Source: Chthonomonas calidirosea
GTDB taxonomy: Bacteria > Armatimonadota > Fimbriimonadia > Fimbriimonadales > Fimbriimonadaceae
DNA length: 64,000 nucleotides
Reading direction: 5' to 3'
NCBI GenBank assembly: GCA_945859975.1
Contig: CAMAPH010000009.1
Coordinates: forward strand, 1 to 64,000
Of this stretch, positions 1 to 8,431 are shown one piece after another. The notes below the pieces were generated by a model, which worked only from the letters and a program-made list of their open reading frames with translations, searched no databases and was not told where the DNA came from. Position 1 is the first letter of the stretch, and every line of letters starts with the position of its first letter. A program made the translations under genes and the position numbers.

Positions 1-479
1 GCAAGGCTGCGGCACGCATCGGACGTGCTAATGGATCCGCCAATCGTAACTTGCACTTCTCCGCGATCACTCCAGACCTTTCGACCGGCCTTGAGCAGCT
101 CTGCCTCCGCTAATGTCCGCCCTGCTTTCGTGATCGTTCGAATTCGGAGGACGTAGCTCACTTTCAGAACGTCGGCGGCCTTGTTTACGTTTTTGTCCGA
201 GATCGTCTCAACCTCGACATCCAACTTTCCATCGAGAACCGCTTGCCGGAATTTGGCGTCGGTCATTCCCCAAAGAATCGAACTGACGCGGCCCGACTCA
301 TCGAGGTAGCCCGCTAGATAGTTTGCGGTTGTTGCGTACGGATCGTCCAGGAAACCGGTTGCGTCTGGCAGTTGATCCGTCACCGTTTGGTACGCAATCA
401 AAATTCGTGGCACTTCGGCCAACGCTGCCAACGGGGAGAAGGCTGCCGCCAGAACGAGGAGCGAACGAAGCCTAACCAC
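1..479 (-). CDS. Secreted hypothetical protein, partial (runs off the left edge)
   Basis: Not in the ORF track. Manual translation from GTG at 479 (overlapping the upstream stop) gives MVRLRSLLVLAAAFSPLAALAEVPRILIAYQ..., open to the window edge, with a signal-peptide-like N-terminus. Confidence 0.75.
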   Translation of the reverse strand, partial: MVRLRSLLVLAAAFSPLAALAEVPRILIAYQTVTDQLPDATGFLDDPYATTANYLAGYLDESGRVSSILWGMTDAKFRQAVLDGKLDVEVETISDKNVNKAADVLKVSYVLRIRTITKAGRTLAEAELLKAGRKVWSDRGEVQVTIGGSISTSDACRSL

Positions 480-1746
480 CCTGCAGCACTTTCAGAGCCT
501 GTCGGCAAACGTCAACGGCCTTCTGGATTCGAGCTTTGTCACCACGACCGGAAGCCATCGCTGACTCACCGGCAGAGATGGCCTTCTGGTAGGCGTCGAT
601 AGCCTGATCTTTCTTGCCTGCTCGAGCGTAAGTCAGACCGAGTCGCTGGTTGGTGAACACGGGGTCCGCGCCGGCTTGGAGCGCTTTCTCATAGCTACCG
701 GCTGCTCCGGTGGAGTTGTTCGTAAGCTGTTGTTGGCGAGCCGTGTTCATCATGGCTTGCGCGCCGCCGTCGGTCCGAGTACCGCCACCCTGGGTTTTAG
801 GGCCTCCGTCACGAATCTTGATCTCAATCTCGCCTGGATCGGGTTCTGCGGGCGGAGCATTTCGATCGTCGCTGGTAGGAGGGGTTGTAGGATCGGGGTC
901 CCCGCCGGGCCTTGGTCGGTTTGCGCCATTGTTTACAGGAATTTCTGGTGGCCGAACCGGCTGGACGGAGATGCTTTCATCCGCCGAAGGCAGCCGAGTT
1001 CCATCAAACTTCGGAAGGTTCATGGCACTCCGATTCCCGCGACTTTCGGGTTCTCGCATCGGGGTTTCCGATGCCCGCTGATCGGTCGTTGGCTGAGTTG
1101 AGATGGCTCCGACGTCTCCAGGTTTTGCAGTGTTTGCAGTTTGCGGATTCGTCTGCACTTGACCGGCGGCATTTTGCTGAACAGGAGTTGTCTGGTTTGC
1201 CGTCGCTCCGTTTCCGGTCTCCGTCCCAAGGGAAGTGGATACGTCCGGCTTATCCTTTGCCGCGACGGTTCCGTTTCCGAGGGCCAACTTAGCTCCGAGA
1301 ATGCCGATCGTGCCGACCAAAACAACTGCTGCAACTGCGGCCGTGATCGCCAGTCCACGATTGCCGCTTTCCGGAACCCGGATCGATTCTTGAAGTTGGG
1401 TTCGGAGCTTGTTGCGCTTGATGCGATCGAGTTCGGAATCAGGGTTGAGGTCGACAATGCGGTCGGCAACGTCAAGCGCTCCGGCAATGTCCCCCTGTCG
1501 CGCTCGTGCGTCGCTTAGGAGGGTGAGCGCCGACAACATTGTTGGATTGGCTTCCAGGCACGTCTCGGCGCTCATCACGGCGTCGGCGTACCGAGCCTCT
1601 GATAGTGCCTTTGCGCCTTCTGAGGCGAGGCGATCTAGTTTTGCCTGTGCTTCTTCAACCTCTAGAGTTGACACTGCGGCCCCACACTTACGGCAAAACG
1701 CGCTGTCCAGCGTGTTGAGCGTCGCGCAATTTATACAAGAAACCAT
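472..1746 (-). CDS. Zinc-ribbon / TPR membrane-anchored protein
   Basis: N-terminal CxxC...FCxxCG ribbon, TPR-like helices, one TM segment (LAITAAVAAVVLVGTIGIL), Pro/Thr-rich linker, C-terminal TPRs. Confidence 0.8.
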   Translation of the reverse strand: MVSCINCATLNTLDSAFCRKCGAAVSTLEVEEAQAKLDRLASEGAKALSEARYADAVMSAETCLEANPTMLSALTLLSDARARQGDIAGALDVADRIVDLNPDSELDRIKRNKLRTQLQESIRVPESGNRGLAITAAVAAVVLVGTIGILGAKLALGNGTVAAKDKPDVSTSLGTETGNGATANQTTPVQQNAAGQVQTNPQTANTAKPGDVGAISTQPTTDQRASETPMREPESRGNRSAMNLPKFDGTRLPSADESISVQPVRPPEIPVNNGANRPRPGGDPDPTTPPTSDDRNAPPAEPDPGEIEIKIRDGGPKTQGGGTRTDGGAQAMMNTARQQQLTNNSTGAAGSYEKALQAGADPVFTNQRLGLTYARAGKKDQAIDAYQKAISAGESAMASGRGDKARIQKAVDVCRQALKVLQGG

Positions 1747-1791
1747 TCGGAACTCCCTACCCCAGAGGGTCCGCCGAGTCTACCGAAACCA

Positions 1792-2208
1792 TCACGCTCG
1801 ACCCCGTCGAGTCTCCCATCGGTAGACCTCGGATAACCCTCTGTAAGGATAGACGCGGCAAGCCCGCGTTATTTTCTTCAAAGCCTGAATAAAAACCACG
1901 CGGGCACCTTGTTTCGTACCGCCAAACCGGTTTCCGATATCTTCAAACGGGATTCCGGCAACTCGTAGCGACAGGACGACTTCTTGCCGGTCGGTCAAAG
2001 CAGCCTTGCTGACGATCTCGCGACACTCCGATTCGAATAGGTGGTCCCCGGGAGCCTTGAGTTGGGCAAGCGCCCACACCGGGTCACGCATCCGGCTTTC
2101 CTTGAGCTTTCGGTCAAGGGTCTTCTCATCAAGGGGGCGAGTTTTGGCTTCCCCTTCGCACATGGCCATGAGGGCTTCGGCGACAAATTTCAGATCTTCT
2201 TGGTTCAT
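1792..2208 (-). CDS. Small protein with a sigma-70 region 4 / LuxR-like HTH
   Basis: LTDRQEVVLSLRVAGIPFEDIGNRFGGTKQGARVVFIQALKKI matches the region-4 HTH pattern. Confidence 0.65.
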   Translation of the reverse strand: MNQEDLKFVAEALMAMCEGEAKTRPLDEKTLDRKLKESRMRDPVWALAQLKAPGDHLFESECREIVSKAALTDRQEVVLSLRVAGIPFEDIGNRFGGTKQGARVVFIQALKKITRACRVYPYRGLSEVYRWETRRGRA

Positions 2209-2220
2209 TTTCTTCTCGAA

Positions 2221-2240
2221 TAGTAGACAAGTGTTTACTA
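2221..2240. promoter_or_regulatory. Palindromic operator-like site upstream of the HTH gene
   Basis: TAGTAGAC-AAGT-GTTTACTA (7 of 8 arm positions pair), just downstream of TTGACG...TAGAAT on the minus strand. Confidence 0.45.
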
Positions 2241-2417
2241 TATTCTAGAGAAATCGGAGTTTCGTCAACCAAGCAAATGTGCGGGTTCTGGCGATTTAGC
2301 AGAGCTTGAGGATTCGGGCCAGTCAGGTTGTCGAGGCGTGCCCTGCCAAGCTAATCGTTCCAACCAGCAAGACTGCGCTTACGAACCAACCTGGACTCGC
2401 CCGAGTAACCTAGCGGC

Positions 2418-3428
2418 GTGTTCGCTGAACTCATCCAGCCGGTCCTTGAGCGCCGGGACCTGACTTCTGAAGGGGCAACCCAATTGATGGAGCACTTGCT
2501 CAGCGGTGCTTCCCCCGACGCACAGATTGGCGGTGCGCTACTCGCCCTTCGAGTTAAAGGCTGCACCACCCAGGAACTGGCTGCCTTTGCCACGGTGCTC
2601 CGAAACAAAGCGGTCCAGCTCGAACATCCTTTTACTGATTTGGTCGACACCTGCGGCACCGGCGGTGGCTCCCCTTCCTTCAACATGTCCACCGCGGCGG
2701 CGATTGTTGCGGCGGCGGCGGGAGCCCGGATTGCAAAGCACGGAAACCGCGCGGTCACCAGCAAGTGCGGCATGGCGGATGTCCTAGAAGCACTCGGCAT
2801 TCAGCTGGGCGGCGAGAGTAGCGAACTTCTCCGCAAGCTGACCGACTTCAACTTGGTTTTCCTCTTTGCACCGGCGCACCACTCAGCGATGCGGGTCGTC
2901 GGGCAGGCTCGACGAGACTTGGGAATTCGCACTGTCTTCAATCAGCTTGGACCGCTCGCGAATCCGGCCGGGGCACGCCGGCAGCTGATCGGTGTTTACG
3001 ACGCTGGGCTCATGCGCAGTATGGGAGAGGCCCTGAGGGCGCTTGGCGCGGACAGAGCGTTGTTGGTCCACGGGTTCGACGACCTAGACGAAATTTCTCC
3101 GGTCGCCCCCACCGAGTTCGTTAAGCTATGGGACGGAAAGGTTTCAACTGGAACGCTGACCCCTCATGATTTCGGTCTAGAGCCGGTGGATCCTAGGGCG
3201 TTGATACCCGGTCAGACAGCGGCTGAAAGCGCGGAGATGCTGGTTGAGGCAGTTTCCGATGTGAACTCGTTGCGGGCAAAGGCAATCTTGCCAAACGTGG
3301 CGGCGGCCCTTTGGCTCGGCGGAGTGGCCGAAACCTTGCCTGACGGCGCAGAGCGAGCAAAGGCCGCCATTGCGACGGGAGCTGCCGAAGAAAAACTCCG
3401 AGCACTTCAACGGGCGGACGCACTGTAA
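2418..3428 (+). CDS. trpD: Anthranilate phosphoribosyltransferase
   Basis: DTCGTGG, FNMST, KHGNRAVTSKCG, FNQLGPLANP motifs. Confidence 0.97.
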   Translation: MFAELIQPVLERRDLTSEGATQLMEHLLSGASPDAQIGGALLALRVKGCTTQELAAFATVLRNKAVQLEHPFTDLVDTCGTGGGSPSFNMSTAAAIVAAAAGARIAKHGNRAVTSKCGMADVLEALGIQLGGESSELLRKLTDFNLVFLFAPAHHSAMRVVGQARRDLGIRTVFNQLGPLANPAGARRQLIGVYDAGLMRSMGEALRALGADRALLVHGFDDLDEISPVAPTEFVKLWDGKVSTGTLTPHDFGLEPVDPRALIPGQTAAESAEMLVEAVSDVNSLRAKAILPNVAAALWLGGVAETLPDGAERAKAAIATGAAEEKLRALQRADAL

Positions 3429-3430
3429 TC

Positions 3431-4210
3431 ATGTCAGTACTCGAGAAGATTTTCACCACCAAGCGAGAGGAAGTTGAAGCAGCCAAGACGATGATTCCGC
3501 TCTCGGAGCTCGAGGCGCTGGCCAAGCTCGCTCCGCCAACCCGCGGGTTCAAGTCGGCATTGCAGAACTTCGACGGCCTAGCCCTGATCGCAGAGGTCAA
3601 AAAGGCGAGTCCATCGCAAGGGGTCATCCGAGCTGACTTCGATCCGGTTGAGATCGCGAAGACTTATGAAGGTGCAGGCGCGCAATGCCTGTCCATCCTC
3701 ACAGATTCGCCGTACTTTCAGGGTTCGCCAGAATTCCTGACCGCGGCCCGCGCGGCGGTGAGTCTTCCCTGCCTTCGCAAAGACTTTCTGTACGATCCTT
3801 ACCAAATTTATGAAGCCCGGGCTTGGCATGCCGACGCGGTTTTGCTTATCGCCGCGAGCCTGAGCACGGAACAGATGCGCGAATTACGAGAACTCGCCGA
3901 GCTGCTTGGAATGGATGCGCTTGTCGAGGTCCACAACGAGCCGGAAGTCGAAAGTGCGTTAGCTTCTGGGGCGAGTTTGATCGGCGTCAACAATCGCGAC
4001 CTCTCGACCTTTAAGACAGACCTTTCGATTAGTGAGAGCCTTCTTCCACTCATCACTCCGCATGCAACAGCAGTCAGCGAAAGCGCGCTGGAAACGCACG
4101 CCGATCTTGCCCGAATGGCAGCCGCCGGAGCCAAAGCGGTTCTCATTGGAACAACCTTCACCCGATCACCGGACATTGCAGGGAAAGTCAGCGAGGTCCT
4201 GGGGCGATGA
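3431..4210 (+). CDS. trpC: Indole-3-glycerol-phosphate synthase
   Basis: LIAEVKKASPSQG, LRKDF, GVNNRDL motifs. Confidence 0.97.
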   Translation: MSVLEKIFTTKREEVEAAKTMIPLSELEALAKLAPPTRGFKSALQNFDGLALIAEVKKASPSQGVIRADFDPVEIAKTYEGAGAQCLSILTDSPYFQGSPEFLTAARAAVSLPCLRKDFLYDPYQIYEARAWHADAVLLIAASLSTEQMRELRELAELLGMDALVEVHNEPEVESALASGASLIGVNNRDLSTFKTDLSISESLLPLITPHATAVSESALETHADLARMAAAGAKAVLIGTTFTRSPDIAGKVSEVLGR

Positions 4211-4803
4211 CCAAAGTAAAGATTTGCGGACTAACACGCCTCGAAGACGCGCGGGCAGCAGCGAACTTTGGCGCCGACGCTTTGGGCTTCGTGCATGAGC
4301 CGAGCAGTCCAAGATTTATCGGCGACGACGAGCCGAAGTGGGTTGCCGACCTCGATCCGTTCGTGCTGAAAGTCGCGGTCTTTGGGAACGTCAACCGTGT
4401 CCCCGGCAAAACGTACTTCGACTTTGTTCAGGGGGTCGACTGGGACCTGTTCCCGGAGCCGGCGACTAAGCGGATTCGCGTCATCCGGCTACTAAAAGGT
4501 CAAACAGCGCAGGACCACACGGACCAAACGATCAACGCGGCCGCGATTCTGCTCGACGCGTACCGGGCGGACGCCTATGGCGGCACGGGGCACAAGGTGG
4601 ATTGGGACATTGCAGCGGAGATTGTTCAGCGCTCGCAACGGCCGGTCATCTTAGCCGGTGGGCTAACGCCAGACAACATTCAGGATGCGATTCGAAGGGT
4701 GCGCCCATACGCGGTGGACGTGAGCAGTGGAATCGAATCTGCCCCTGGCATAAAAAATCTCGAAAAAATGCGAACATTCATCGAACTCGCGAAGTCAGCG
4801 TAG
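4207..4803 (+). CDS. trpF: Phosphoribosylanthranilate isomerase
   Basis: KVKICGLT, YGGTG, LAGGLTPDN, VDVSSGIE motifs; ATGA overlap with trpC. Confidence 0.96.
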   Translation: MTKVKICGLTRLEDARAAANFGADALGFVHEPSSPRFIGDDEPKWVADLDPFVLKVAVFGNVNRVPGKTYFDFVQGVDWDLFPEPATKRIRVIRLLKGQTAQDHTDQTINAAAILLDAYRADAYGGTGHKVDWDIAAEIVQRSQRPVILAGGLTPDNIQDAIRRVRPYAVDVSSGIESAPGIKNLEKMRTFIELAKSA

Positions 4804-4820
4804 TCAGCGGGAACCTGTTC

Positions 4821-4927
4821 AAAAAAATGCGGGGTCCTCGAAAGGAGAGCAAATGACGACCCCGCTAGGCTTCCACCAAGGCCGGACGGCTTCCATTTTC
4901 GGAGTCGCCTCAGTCCCTTGGCTGTAC
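4821..4927 (-). ncRNA. Candidate small RNA of about 105 nt with its own promoter and intrinsic terminator
   Basis: Minus strand: TTGGAA-N17-TATACT (4961-4933), a 5' hairpin (GCCAAGG...CCTTGGT), then stem GCGGGGTC/GACCCCGC followed by ATTTTTTT. Confidence 0.55.
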
Positions 4928-4933
4928 GGCTGA
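4853..4933 (+). CDS. Possible 26-aa peptide MTTPLGFHQGRTASIFGVASVPWLYG
   Basis: AAAGGAG Shine-Dalgarno at 4841-4847, ATG 4853, TGA 4931-4933; antisense to the candidate sRNA. Confidence 0.3.
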   Translation: MTTPLGFHQGRTASIFGVASVPWLYG

Positions 4934-5084
4934 GTATAGCGAAAGAAGTCGATTCTTCCAAGTCAAAACTGCGGTTTTTTGCACGGATCGTTAAAGTTCG
5001 CTCGATTTCGCAAAACTCAGGAACTCAACCCGTGGGACTTCGGTTGAAGCACCGGTAGGTATAATGCCGAAGCACTAATAGGGG

Positions 5085-6053
5085 GTGCGACCTTTGGCCG
5101 CCGCCATCGAGACCAAGCAGCTCACAAAGACTTATAAGTCCCGTATCCACGGAAAAATCAACGTTGTCGACTCGCTCGACCTCCACGTCGAAGAGGGCGA
5201 AATCTTCGGATTTCTCGGCCCGAACGGCGCTGGTAAGACCACAACCATCAAGATGCTCCTCAGCATCATTTACCCAGACGCTGGCGAAGGCTACGTTCTC
5301 GGTAAGGAGATTGGGGACATGTCGGTGCACCGACTGATCAGCTACGTTCCGGAGCGCCCGTATTACTACGAGCACATGACCGGACTTGAGTTGCTCAAGT
5401 TCTATGCATCGCTCTTCGGCATCAACGACCAGGCCCTGTTTGTTCGGCTCTTGGAGAAGGTCAACCTTCACCGAGATATGAGCAAGACCATCTCGCAGTA
5501 CTCAAAAGGTATGCAACAGCGAGTTGGGTTGGCCCAGGCTCTGTTGAACGATCCGAAGCTCATGTTTCTGGATGAACCAACGGGTGGTTTGGACCCGATC
5601 GCACACCGCGAAATCCGCGACCTCATTCTCTCGTTCCGAGAAGAAGGCAGAACTGTCTTCATTTCTTCTCACGAGTTGAGCGAAGTCGAATTGATTTGCG
5701 ACCGTGTCGCCATCATCAACAAGGGCGTTATTGCGCGCCAAGGAAAGCTCACCGACCTGCTGCGAGGCGGTCGTGTTGAGGTCACTTTCGAAGGTGTAAC
5801 TGAGCAGTGGCTGAAAGACAAGGGAATGCGAGATTCCCACGTCCGCACCATTGCGGGCGGAGTTCTGCTCGACACCACGGAAGAAGAGGATATTAACGCT
5901 CTTATCGATGCAGCACGCTCCAACTCGGGCCGAATCGTTAGCATCGTGCCGCGCCGAAAGCGATTGGAAGACCTGTTTATTCAGACGGTCACCGACGCTC
6001 CTGCTGCGGCAGCAAAGAAAACCATCACGGTAGAGGAATCAACCAGTGTTTAG
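5085..6053 (+). CDS. ABC transporter ATP-binding protein (start may be TTG 5094)
   Basis: Walker A GPNGAGKTT, signature YSKGMQQR, Walker B FLDEPT, H-loop SSH. Confidence 0.95.
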   Translation: MRPLAAAIETKQLTKTYKSRIHGKINVVDSLDLHVEEGEIFGFLGPNGAGKTTTIKMLLSIIYPDAGEGYVLGKEIGDMSVHRLISYVPERPYYYEHMTGLELLKFYASLFGINDQALFVRLLEKVNLHRDMSKTISQYSKGMQQRVGLAQALLNDPKLMFLDEPTGGLDPIAHREIRDLILSFREEGRTVFISSHELSEVELICDRVAIINKGVIARQGKLTDLLRGGRVEVTFEGVTEQWLKDKGMRDSHVRTIAGGVLLDTTEEEDINALIDAARSNSGRIVSIVPRRKRLEDLFIQTVTDAPAAAAKKTITVEESTSV

Positions 6054-6834
6054 ACCCATTGCTTCAATTGCTGCCACCACCGTGGGAGAAGCGATCCGAC
6101 GAAAAGTACTCTTGATCATCTTGTTGATCGGAGTGCTCTTCCTCGTCGTCGCTCCTGGCCTCGGAATGCTGTCTGCTCGATCTGAGACGACGGTTCTTCG
6201 AGGCATGATGCTTGGAATCATCCAGCTCACGAGTGCGGTCATCGCGATCGTTCTCACGGTCTACATGATTCCGAACGAGATCGAGCGACGAACGATCTAC
6301 ACGATTCTGTCAAAGCCAGTTCAGCGATGGCAGTTCTTGGTAGGCAAGTACTTCGGTGCCGTTTCTGCTCTCTTGATGATGATGACGTTGATGACGTCTG
6401 TCCTTGTCTTCACCTTCTGGCTTCAGCAGCGAGACGCTTCGGCGATTCCTGACCTGATCAAAGCTCCGGTGATGTACTTCGTGCAGATGAGCCTGCTGGC
6501 CGCCGTCGCGATCTTCTTCTCGACGTTCGTTTCGCCACTGGTTAACTTCTTCTTGTCCGGCGGTCTGTATCTCCTCGGCTCGCTCTTTGCTCCGTTTTTC
6601 CAAACGTTGCAGGAAAGCCAGGGCACGCCACCGGCAGCAAAGGTTTTTGCGCAGTTGATTAACACCATCTTGCCAAACTTTGCGAACTACAACATTCAGA
6701 ACCCGATCATAAACCCAGGCCAGCAGATCCAGAACGAAGGTTCTTACTACTTGCAGGTCACCGTGTACGGAGTTCTGTACATCGCAGGTTTGCTGGTTGC
6801 TGGAACGATCGTCTTTGACCGACGTGAAGTTTAA
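6046..6834 (+). CDS. ABC-2 type transporter permease
   Basis: About six TM segments; EIERRTIYTILSKPVQRWQFLVGKY motif; ends FDRREV. Confidence 0.9.
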   Translation: MFRPIASIAATTVGEAIRRKVLLIILLIGVLFLVVAPGLGMLSARSETTVLRGMMLGIIQLTSAVIAIVLTVYMIPNEIERRTIYTILSKPVQRWQFLVGKYFGAVSALLMMMTLMTSVLVFTFWLQQRDASAIPDLIKAPVMYFVQMSLLAAVAIFFSTFVSPLVNFFLSGGLYLLGSLFAPFFQTLQESQGTPPAAKVFAQLINTILPNFANYNIQNPIINPGQQIQNEGSYYLQVTVYGVLYIAGLLVAGTIVFDRREV

Positions 6835-6848
6835 GGAGAATTGACCTA

Positions 6849-8336
6849 ATGTCGATGACCTCCGGAATCAACCGAACGCCGCTTATCGGAGCGATTGTTG
6901 GGTGTGCGCTTGGAATCTTCGTACTGCAAAACGGAATCGGCAATCAGCCGACCGGAAAGCAGTACGAATCGATCAGCGAAACCCTCAAGAACGGAAATAC
7001 TCGCACCGTAAAGAAGCTGAAATCAGGAGTGGCCACCCCGGCTTTCCAGGGCATTTCTTCTTCATGGCAGCGAGATTTCAACCAGGGAACGGTAGAGACT
7101 CAAGGTCTATCGCCCGACCAGCTTCTGTTTGCTCTTGCAGGCTTCCGAGAAATGATCGCGGGAATCCTCTGGGTTCGCGCCGACTCGTTCTTCGATAGTG
7201 GCAACTATGACGCGATCTTGCCGATCATTCGGCTAGTTACCGTCTTGGACCCCAAGCAGATTGACGTTTACGCCACGGGCATGTGGCACATTGGCTACAA
7301 CTTCACGGACGAAGAACAGCGTTCCGACCGACGGTACATTCCATCGGCTTTGGCGCTCGGTAAGGAAGGGGCTCGAAACAACTCCCTCACCTACGAAATG
7401 TTCTTCGAAACGGGTTGGATGTGGTACCACAAGATCGACGACGACTACAGCAATGCGGTCACGTGGTTTGAACGTGCTCAAGAACGACCAGACATGATCC
7501 CGGCTCGTCGAAACCTGATCACCAACGCTTACGAGCGTGATGGCAAGGTTGACAAGTCGCTGGATACCCTCTTCAAGCTGTACGAAACGGCCGGAAAGAA
7601 AGCCAAGGAAGATGCGGCGTTTGGTAACAAACAGAACCGAGACACCTTGGAAAACAAGCTCGACACGACGCTGGTCCGAATGGTTCAGCGCGGTTGGTTT
7701 GCTGGAAAAGACGGGCGACCTCTCACCGGCTATGACGTCAATCCGCCTTTCGACACTGGATTCAGTGCGAAGGTGACGGTTACCGAAGCACGTGTGCTTC
7801 GATTCGAAGGAACTTGGAACGTGCTTCCAGTTGGAACTCGAATTCGAGCCGTACTTCGTGACGCGGACTTCCCTAACGCCAAGCCAGCAGGCATGGAATG
7901 GGACTTCTCGAACGACGTGAACCTTGATCCGCCGCGAGACAAGACCTTCATGCAGGAGCAGCTGTTTGTTCGAAACCAGCGCTTCAACAAGAAAGTCGAC
8001 ATGAGTAAGGACCCAACCATGTACCCCTTCACTTCGAAGGATTACGTGATCGAGTTCTACTACAACCCGCGTTCGGCTCCGCCTCACATTCAGGATAAAT
8101 TCTCTTGGAACGGTGAAGGATTCACCGACAAGAACTTCTTGAACACGCAGGTACGAGAAGGCCAGCGAGTTATGTACACCTCGGTCAAAATCTCGAAGGA
8201 TCAACTTCTTCGACGTGGAGACTGGCGAGAGAAAGTGCCGGTTATCAAAACCGCCAACTACCTCGACAAGGATGGCAAGGCATATAACCAAGCCGACCAA
8301 GTTACCATTGACCTACCTTCGCTTCGCGCGAACTAA
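6849..8336 (+). CDS. Membrane-anchored TPR-like accessory protein of the ABC exporter
   Basis: N-terminal hydrophobic segment; LAGFREMIAGILWVRAD...LDP helical region; same operon as the ABC genes, AAGGAG RBS. Confidence 0.7.
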   Translation: MSMTSGINRTPLIGAIVGCALGIFVLQNGIGNQPTGKQYESISETLKNGNTRTVKKLKSGVATPAFQGISSSWQRDFNQGTVETQGLSPDQLLFALAGFREMIAGILWVRADSFFDSGNYDAILPIIRLVTVLDPKQIDVYATGMWHIGYNFTDEEQRSDRRYIPSALALGKEGARNNSLTYEMFFETGWMWYHKIDDDYSNAVTWFERAQERPDMIPARRNLITNAYERDGKVDKSLDTLFKLYETAGKKAKEDAAFGNKQNRDTLENKLDTTLVRMVQRGWFAGKDGRPLTGYDVNPPFDTGFSAKVTVTEARVLRFEGTWNVLPVGTRIRAVLRDADFPNAKPAGMEWDFSNDVNLDPPRDKTFMQEQLFVRNQRFNKKVDMSKDPTMYPFTSKDYVIEFYYNPRSAPPHIQDKFSWNGEGFTDKNFLNTQVREGQRVMYTSVKISKDQLLRRGDWREKVPVIKTANYLDKDGKAYNQADQVTIDLPSLRAN

Positions 8337-8346
8337 GGTGATCACC

Positions 8347-8385
8347 AATAGCGGCGGAATCCTTGAGATTCCGCCGCTATTTTTT
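8347..8385 (+). terminator. Intrinsic terminator
   Basis: AATAGCGGCGGAATC / GATTCCGCCGCTATT stem followed by a T-run. Confidence 0.85.
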
Positions 8386-8431
8386 GTCCGGCCTCTCCGC
8401 TTGGAACTGTCAAACATCGCATAATTGCCAC

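Noticed and set aside
4821..4933. trp attenuator/leader peptide, or SRP RNA
   Set aside because: It lies downstream of trpF, the peptide has a single Trp, and the SRP domain IV motif is absent
7233..8300. 355-aa minus-strand ORF, and similar long shadow ORFs at 61944-63023, 59522-60538, 44788-45612, 27238-27984 and 53743-54510
   Set aside because: They overlap well-supported genes in antisense or alternate frames and have no recognisable motifs; expected in GC-rich DNA
8363..8431. N-terminal extensions in the ORF track (ROK 8363, E2 9445, DUF1552 16406, CvfB 39479, secreted protein 42875, rluB 47693)
   Set aside because: They run through terminators, neighbouring genes or promoter regions; downstream starts fit the motifs and RBS or -10 positions better
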